A stretch of DNA of 47,726 nucleotides from positions 248,001-295,726 of the forward strand of contig NW_005201213.1 in the NCBI RefSeq assembly GCF_000372725.1, given 5' to 3'. The notes beneath the pieces are model-generated. The model ran no database searches. It was given only the letters and a program-made list of their open reading frames with translations, and was not told the DNA's origin. Position 1 is the first letter of the stretch. Every line of letters starts with the position of its first letter. Shown here in pieces: positions 42,240 to 47,726 of this stretch. Both the position numbers and the translations under genes were made by a program. This DNA is from Emiliania huxleyi CCMP1516. Its lineage: Eukaryota.

Positions 42240-42400
42240 GGCAGGCTGGCGGCCGACAGCACGTTTGTCGTGATGGGCGCCGCCGCGAGCGCGGACTGAT
42301 AAGCCCCGACGAGCGGCGGCAGCGTGAGCGCTGCTCCGCCGCGGAGGCGGTGAGCGGGAGGAGGTGGAGGAGAAGGCCGAGTTGCATGGGAGTTCTCTGT
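42240..42400 (-). pseudogene. Possible Mpv17/PMP22 N-terminal fragment
   Basis: AYQSALAAAPITTNVLSAASL resembles the Y...L...P..T first helix; no continuation was found. Confidence 0.3.
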
Positions 42401-42468
42401 GGTCTCTCCAAGTGCACAATTAACACTATGGACGTAGGAACATGCCGCGTACACGGCTCTCTACCGTC

Positions 42469-42801
42469 GGTGCTGCCTGCCCGGACTCTGGCAGCACCGG
42501 CGGTCCGTGTTCTCGTTCTGGTCTGCCGATGTTCCGGACTCGCCCCCGGTTGTCGGAAGACTTAAATTGACGTGTCGTCCTGCGTGCAGTATACGATTCC
42601 TGAATGCCATAGCGTCACAACACGTACAGCTGCGGGCTCGGTACTCGAGAATTGGCCAGCGGGTGCTGCCTGCCCGGACTCTGGCAGGTGACCGGCCGTC
42701 CTTGTTCTCGTCTGGTCTGCCGATGTTCCGACTCGCGCCCCCGGTTGTCGGACGACTTGCCTTGACGTCGTCCCTGCGTGCAGTATACGATTCCTGAATG
42801 C
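42469..42801 (+). repeat. ~138-bp direct duplication upstream of the glycosyltransferase (42469-42607 / 42662-42801)
   Basis: ggtgctgcctgcccggactctggcag ... tgcgtgcagtatacgattcctgaatgcc occurs twice. Confidence 0.9.
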
Positions 42802-44699
42802 CCGAGGCCGGGAAGCGCTTTGCGTTTTGCTTCTCGACCGCATCCGGGCACACGAACCCCTCTTTCCCGATCGCGCGCCAACTCGTCAAGCGCGGCCATA
42901 GCGTCACGTACCTCTCAAGCGCGGTCTTCAAGGGCGCTATCGAGGCGACCGGCGCCGCCTTCGTTGACGAGGTTGAGGAGCTGAGCGAGCTTATGCAGCC
43001 GGATCCGGCAAAGCCTCGCGCAGAGAACTTTATGTCCGCCTTTCTGGCGCTGGCGACAGAGTTCGGGAAGGACGCGGCTCACGGGTATGGGAATATTAAG
43101 CAGTGGGCTGCCACGCACAACATTGCAATCGAGCGCCAACTCCCTGCCTTCCTCCGCTTCTTTAGCGAGGAGAATGGCGCGCTCAAGTTTGACGCTGCGG
43201 TGTACGACAACCTCATGCTGGGCGTTGTCGCCCACGCCTGCCGACTCCTCAACCTGCCTGCGGTGGCGTTGTGCACAGTCGCGGGCCCCGGTTCGATGGA
43301 GGTGCTCACGAGAGAGATGGCCAGCAACGAGGGCATGACTCTCGAAGACATGGACAGGCTCTCGTTTGACGACGAGGACGGCGCCAAGGCCGTCGCGCGA
43401 TTGCGCGAGCGGTACCCCAGCCTCGAGCTCCCCAGTCATCCCTTCTCGTGCGGCACCTGGCAGTATATCGGCGGGCCTCGGGCGATGACTCTCGTCACCA
43501 CCATCGAGCCGCTCCGCGACCCTATCAGCGACAACGTCTCGGAGGCTCTCCGCGCGGCGGACGTTCGCTTCACGTACATCGGCCCGAGTCTGGACGTCAA
43601 GGGGGCCAAGCGGGCTGGCGGCTTCATCTTCGACGCGCACAACGAGGAGCCGGAGGACGATGAGCCCAAGCTCCACCGACATCGCTCGGACCTGACGGAT
43701 TCGAGCGACGCGCCGCTCGCCGCTCTGCAGGAGGCGAAGCAGCTGAACGCCTCGGTCGTCGCGATCTACATCAGCCTCGGGACCGTCATCACGTCCGACA
43801 TGCGCGCGCGTCCGGTGTCACCACACGTCCAGCAGCTCGGGGATACCCTGTCCACTGTGCTACGCCTCCTATAGGCCAATGTCGGGCTGGACGGCGAGGC
43901 TCACTGACGCGGAGGGTAAGGAGTACGGCATCACTGGGAAGCAGCTCTGCCAGAGCGTCTTCACAGCAGCTTTTGAGGAGTTTGGCGCCAGTGAGCGCGG
44001 CGAGGGCCGGAGCTCGTACGCGCAGGCGTGCGAGGAGGGCGCGCCACTGCTGATTGTGAGCGCGGGCCCCCAGTTGGACGCGTTGGAGGGCCTCTCCGTT
44101 CCGCCCAATGCGCTCTGCCGTAGTTACGTGGCGCAGGTGGACATCCTCCAGTCGGGCCTTGTGGACATGTTTGTGACGCACGGTGCGCGACAGCAGAGAT
44201 AGCGGGGAGCGCCATCGCCACTCCTTGCACCGAGCGGGAGGGGCCTTCGAGACTGAGAGCCCACCGCGTGGCCCGCTGCACTGAAGGTGGCCAGAACTCC
44301 TTCATGGAGAGCATGGCGAACGGCGTCCCGCTGGTGGTTGTCCCGGGCTTTGCCGACCAGCCTGTCAATGGCCGAAAAGCGGAGGCGATGGGGGTGGGTC
44401 TCGCGGTGGCAAGACCCGAGGAGGATACCGAGGCTGTGTTGGCAAGGTACGTCCAGGACCTCCGCGCGGCGATGCGCAGCGTCTTTGAGCAGGAAAAGTT
44501 TCGTGCCAAGGCACGAGAGATGGGAGCGCTGATCGCCGGCGCGGGCGGATCTGCGCGGGCGGCAGACATCGCGGAGGCGATCGCAGCGACGGCGAGAGGC
44601 AGCGAGACTGCGGCGGCGAGCGCCACAGCGCCGAGGAAGTCCTATGGGGACATGTTTCGAGAGATGTCGGCGCAGGCCGAGGCGGAGGCGAGCAAGTGA
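42798..44699 (+). CDS. UDP-glycosyltransferase, GT1 family (MGT-like N-terminus)
   Basis: SGHTNPSFPIARQLVKRGHSVTY, IYISLGTV and the UGT signature YVAQVDIL...FVTHG|GQNSFMESMANGVPLVVVPGFADQPVN. Introns at 43802-43874 (GC-AG) and 44183-44286 (GT-AG). Confidence 0.92.
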
Positions 44700-45299
44700 G
44701 AATGGGGAGGGGTACTCGTTGATTGTCGTCGATAGGCCACGAAGCCACCTCGAGACCTCGAGAGAAAGAGACGGCAATCGTGGAGGCTGGAGCCCTCTCG
44801 TCGTTTTTTCTCCTGCCCGCTGCCGCACCCTCGGCTAGCTGTTTATATGATCGACATCGTCCTCACATCTCTCTCTCACCATTCTGTGACGCGCGGCGCG
44901 CCTCTGCGCTCTGGGTCGGGTCGCCCCCTGCGCCCCGCCCCCCGGGCCACGGGTGGCGGCCGTGCCACGGCCCGCGCCCCCGAGCGCCCGTGCGCCGTGG
45001 GCGGCCGCCGTCCCCCGTTGCCCAGTTTGCGATTATCATTAACTTCTTTTTTCTGACCCCATCCGCGACTGACCCCATCCGCGTCGTGCGGACATGCGGT
45101 TATGCGAGACGTGTAGACCACTCGCACGCCCATGCGGCGCAGACGTCTGAGACAACAGGTACTGGGCATCGCCCGATTTCCGCAAATGCTGAGCCAAGGG
45201 CAAGGGGCGTGCCGGTGCGTGTCCCCGCAAGCCGCAAGCAGCGGCGGCGGCCGGGCGCTGCAGTTGTCGCAGACAGCCGCCTTCCGCTGACGGCCGCGC

Positions 45300-45451
45300 T
45301 CACATCTCCGCAAAAACCTCGTCGATCAGAAACTCGTCCCCGCCGTCGCCCTCGTCGCCGCCGTCGCCAAGCAACGAGAGCAGCGGGTCGCTGGCGGCCG
45401 CGCTGGCGCCGTTGACTGGCGGCGGCGGCGGCGCGAGCGGCGGCGGCGCGA

Positions 45452-45482
<31 letters not shown>

Positions 45483-47566
45483 GAGCTGCTCGGAACTGGC
45501 TCGCTGCTCTCGCTGCTCCTCCGCCTGCGCCTCCCGCTCAATCACCTGCCGAGGCACGGCCGAGACAAAACCAAGATGCGGCCGAGATGCGGCCGAGATG
45601 CGGCCGAGATGCGGCCGAGATGCGGCCGAGATGCGGCCGAGATGCGGCCGAGATGCGGCCGAGATGCGGCCGAGATGCGGCCGAGATGCGAGGGCCGAGA
45701 CTCGGTCACCTCCTCGATGCGGGCCTCGGGTGATCTCGCTTGATCTCGGGGTGATCTCGCTTGATCTCGCGGTGATCTCGCGTCACCTCCTCGATGCGGG
45801 CCTCGGGCGATCTCGCTTGATCTCGCTTGATCTCGCGGTGATCTCGCGTCACCTCCTCGATGCGGCCCACGAGTGTCTTCTTGGGGCCCGAGAGGGCAGC
45901 GTCGCGGTAGTAGAGGAACGACTTGAGCTCCTTGACGCTCAGCGAGTCGAGAGAGCCGTCGCGCGCCTGCGCCGCGGATGCGCCGAGGTCGAGAGTGCGG
46001 CCCCACAATCTCCCACAAATCTCCCACACTCTCCGAGGTCGCAAGTGCGGCTTCCGTGCCGCGTACGCCGTAGCACCGCGTGAACACGAGGCGTATCTCG
46101 TCGCGATCTACCGGCGTGCGTACGAGCTCACTAGTCTAGAGCTCGCACTAGAGGCCGTCCTCGCATTCGCCTTCCTGGTACCCAGCGCTGCCTTCTGACT
46201 GCCGCCGCTGTCTCTCTCCCTTCTCGACTGCCTGTGCTTGTGCGTCTTGGGTCCCGGGGTTGTGTTTGTGCGTGGCCACGCCGGGTGCGAGTACAGAGAG
46301 GAGGGCTTGGGAAACGGCGACAAGGCGGCCGAAGACGTGCGTCTCGACGCTGGTACAATCCGTGCGGGCTCCCCTCCTAAAGCGCCGCGCCTTGCCTTGC
46401 ACATCCAAGCTGCTCACGTCGACCAGCCAGGCCGGCGGCAGCCCCCCCCGCGTGCGCCGCTGCTTGACTCCCTTCGGAGCGCGCGACGGGCCGCCGTACC
46501 TACGAGGAGGAGATATGGGGAGATATGGGGAGAGATGGGGAGAGATGGGGAGAGATGGGGAGAGATGGGGAGAGATGGGGAGATATGGGCAGCCTACGCG
46601 ATGGTTGCGCCAGCCTCGGGGCGGGAGATATGGGGAGAGATGGGGAGAGATGGGGAGAGATGGGGAGAGATGGGGAGAGATGGGGAGAGATGGGGAGAGA
46701 TGGGGAGATATGGGGAGATATGGGGAGATATGGGGAGAGATGGGGAGAGATGGGCAGCCTACGTGATGGTTGCGCCAGCCTCGGGGCGGGAGATATGGGG
46801 AGATATGGGGAGATATGGGGAGATATGGGCAGCCTACGCGATGGATGCGCCAGCCTCGGGAGATATGGGGAGAGATGGGGAGAGATGGGGAGAGATGGGG
46901 AGAGATGGGGAGAGATGGGGAGAGATGGGGAGAGATGGGGAGAGATGGGGAGAGATGGGGAGAGATGGGGAGAGATGGGGAGAGATGGGCAGCCTACGTG
47001 ATGGTTGCGCCAGCCTCGGGGCGGGAGGACGGCCTTGTGCAGAGTCCTCAGGGCACCGCGTGAATACGAGGGAGGCGAGGACAGTGAATTCAGCGGAATG
47101 CGGCGGAACACAGCAGAGCACGCGGTCCCGCTAGTCGGAGTACAAGCAGCACGACGACGTGGGAGATTGTGGGGAGATTGTGGGGAGATTGTGGGGAGAT
47201 TGTGGGGAGATTGGCTTCTAGGGCGCCGCACGACGACGCGCCGGTCGCGTCATTGTGGCAGATTGTGTGGAGATTGTGTGGAGATTGTGGGGAGATTGGC
47301 TTCTAGGGCGCCGCACGACGACGCGCCGGTCGCGTCATTGTGGCAGATTGTGTGGAGATTGTGTGGAGATTGTGGGGAGATTGGCTTCTAGGGCGCCGCA
47401 CGACGACGCGCCGGTCGCGTAGTAGGCGGTGGGCGCGGGCAGGTCGAGCCCGCGCGGCGGGGGCGGCGGCGAGAAGTACTTTAGCTCCTTGGACTGGCCC
47501 TCCCCCAGCAGCTTTGTGAGCTCGTCCAGGTCGAGCTCGGCGCCTACGCGTTTCGTTTTCTGCTCT
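45300..47566 (-). CDS. Multi-exon gene with a SAP domain near the C-terminus (5' end outside the window or unresolved)
   Basis: LDSLSVKELKSFLYYRDAALSGPKKTLVGRIEE (about 45853-45960); last exon VIEREAQAEEQ...DEVFAEM*; upstream exon GAELDLDELTKLLGEGQSKELKYF. Confidence 0.65.
46508..47023. repeat. (gagatgggga)n decamer arrays punctuated by four copies of gggcagcctacgYgatggWtgcgccagcctcgg
   Basis: Directly visible. Confidence 0.9.
47030..47135. mobile_element. Dispersed intronic element copy 5 (its gcttctaggg end lies at 47214 and is repeated downstream)
   Basis: ttgtgcagagtcctcagggcaccgcgtgaatacgaggg...acagtgaattcagcggaa aligns with 20940-21025. Confidence 0.55.
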
Positions 47567-47726
47567 CGTGAGGGAGGGGAGGGGACGAGCACACGCAAGG
47601 CGGCGCGCCGCGCTCGGCGCCTGCTCTCACACAACACGGCCTGCTCTCAGCGCACCACACCCTCACCTCCCTTTTGTGGGAGGAAAATACTAGGGGGGGG
47701 GGGGGGGGGAGCACCGCCGCCGCCGC

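Overview
GC-rich eukaryotic draft scaffold with many N gaps. GC-AG introns, 10-11 nt strand-biased intronic tandem repeats, TTAGGG repeats and a plastid-type homomeric ACCase point to a haptophyte such as Emiliania/Gephyrocapsa huxleyi (inference). Recognisable genes are: a myosin motor fragment; a BRO1/ALIX-like gene that appears to end in an LSD1-type zinc finger; two inverted copies of an MGCxxSK coiled-coil gene start; an R-S-E ADP-ribosyltransferase fused to RI-like LRRs; frameshifted DUS1 and ankyrin fragments; a fragmented, partly duplicated acetyl-CoA carboxylase; a class IV sirtuin; two membrane proteins; a GT1 UDP-glycosyltransferase; and a SAP-domain gene. Two signals stand out. (1) There appears to be an intron-creating process: at least ten introns are bounded by 9-27 nt duplications of exon sequence and filled with simple repeats, telomeric repeats or a dispersed ~150 nt CCTAGAAGCGG element, and one such intron is present in one ACCase copy and absent from the other. 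(2) There is a possibly lipid-anchored ART-LRR protein with an immune sensor/effector-like architecture. All splice sites were inferred by eye, without transcript data.
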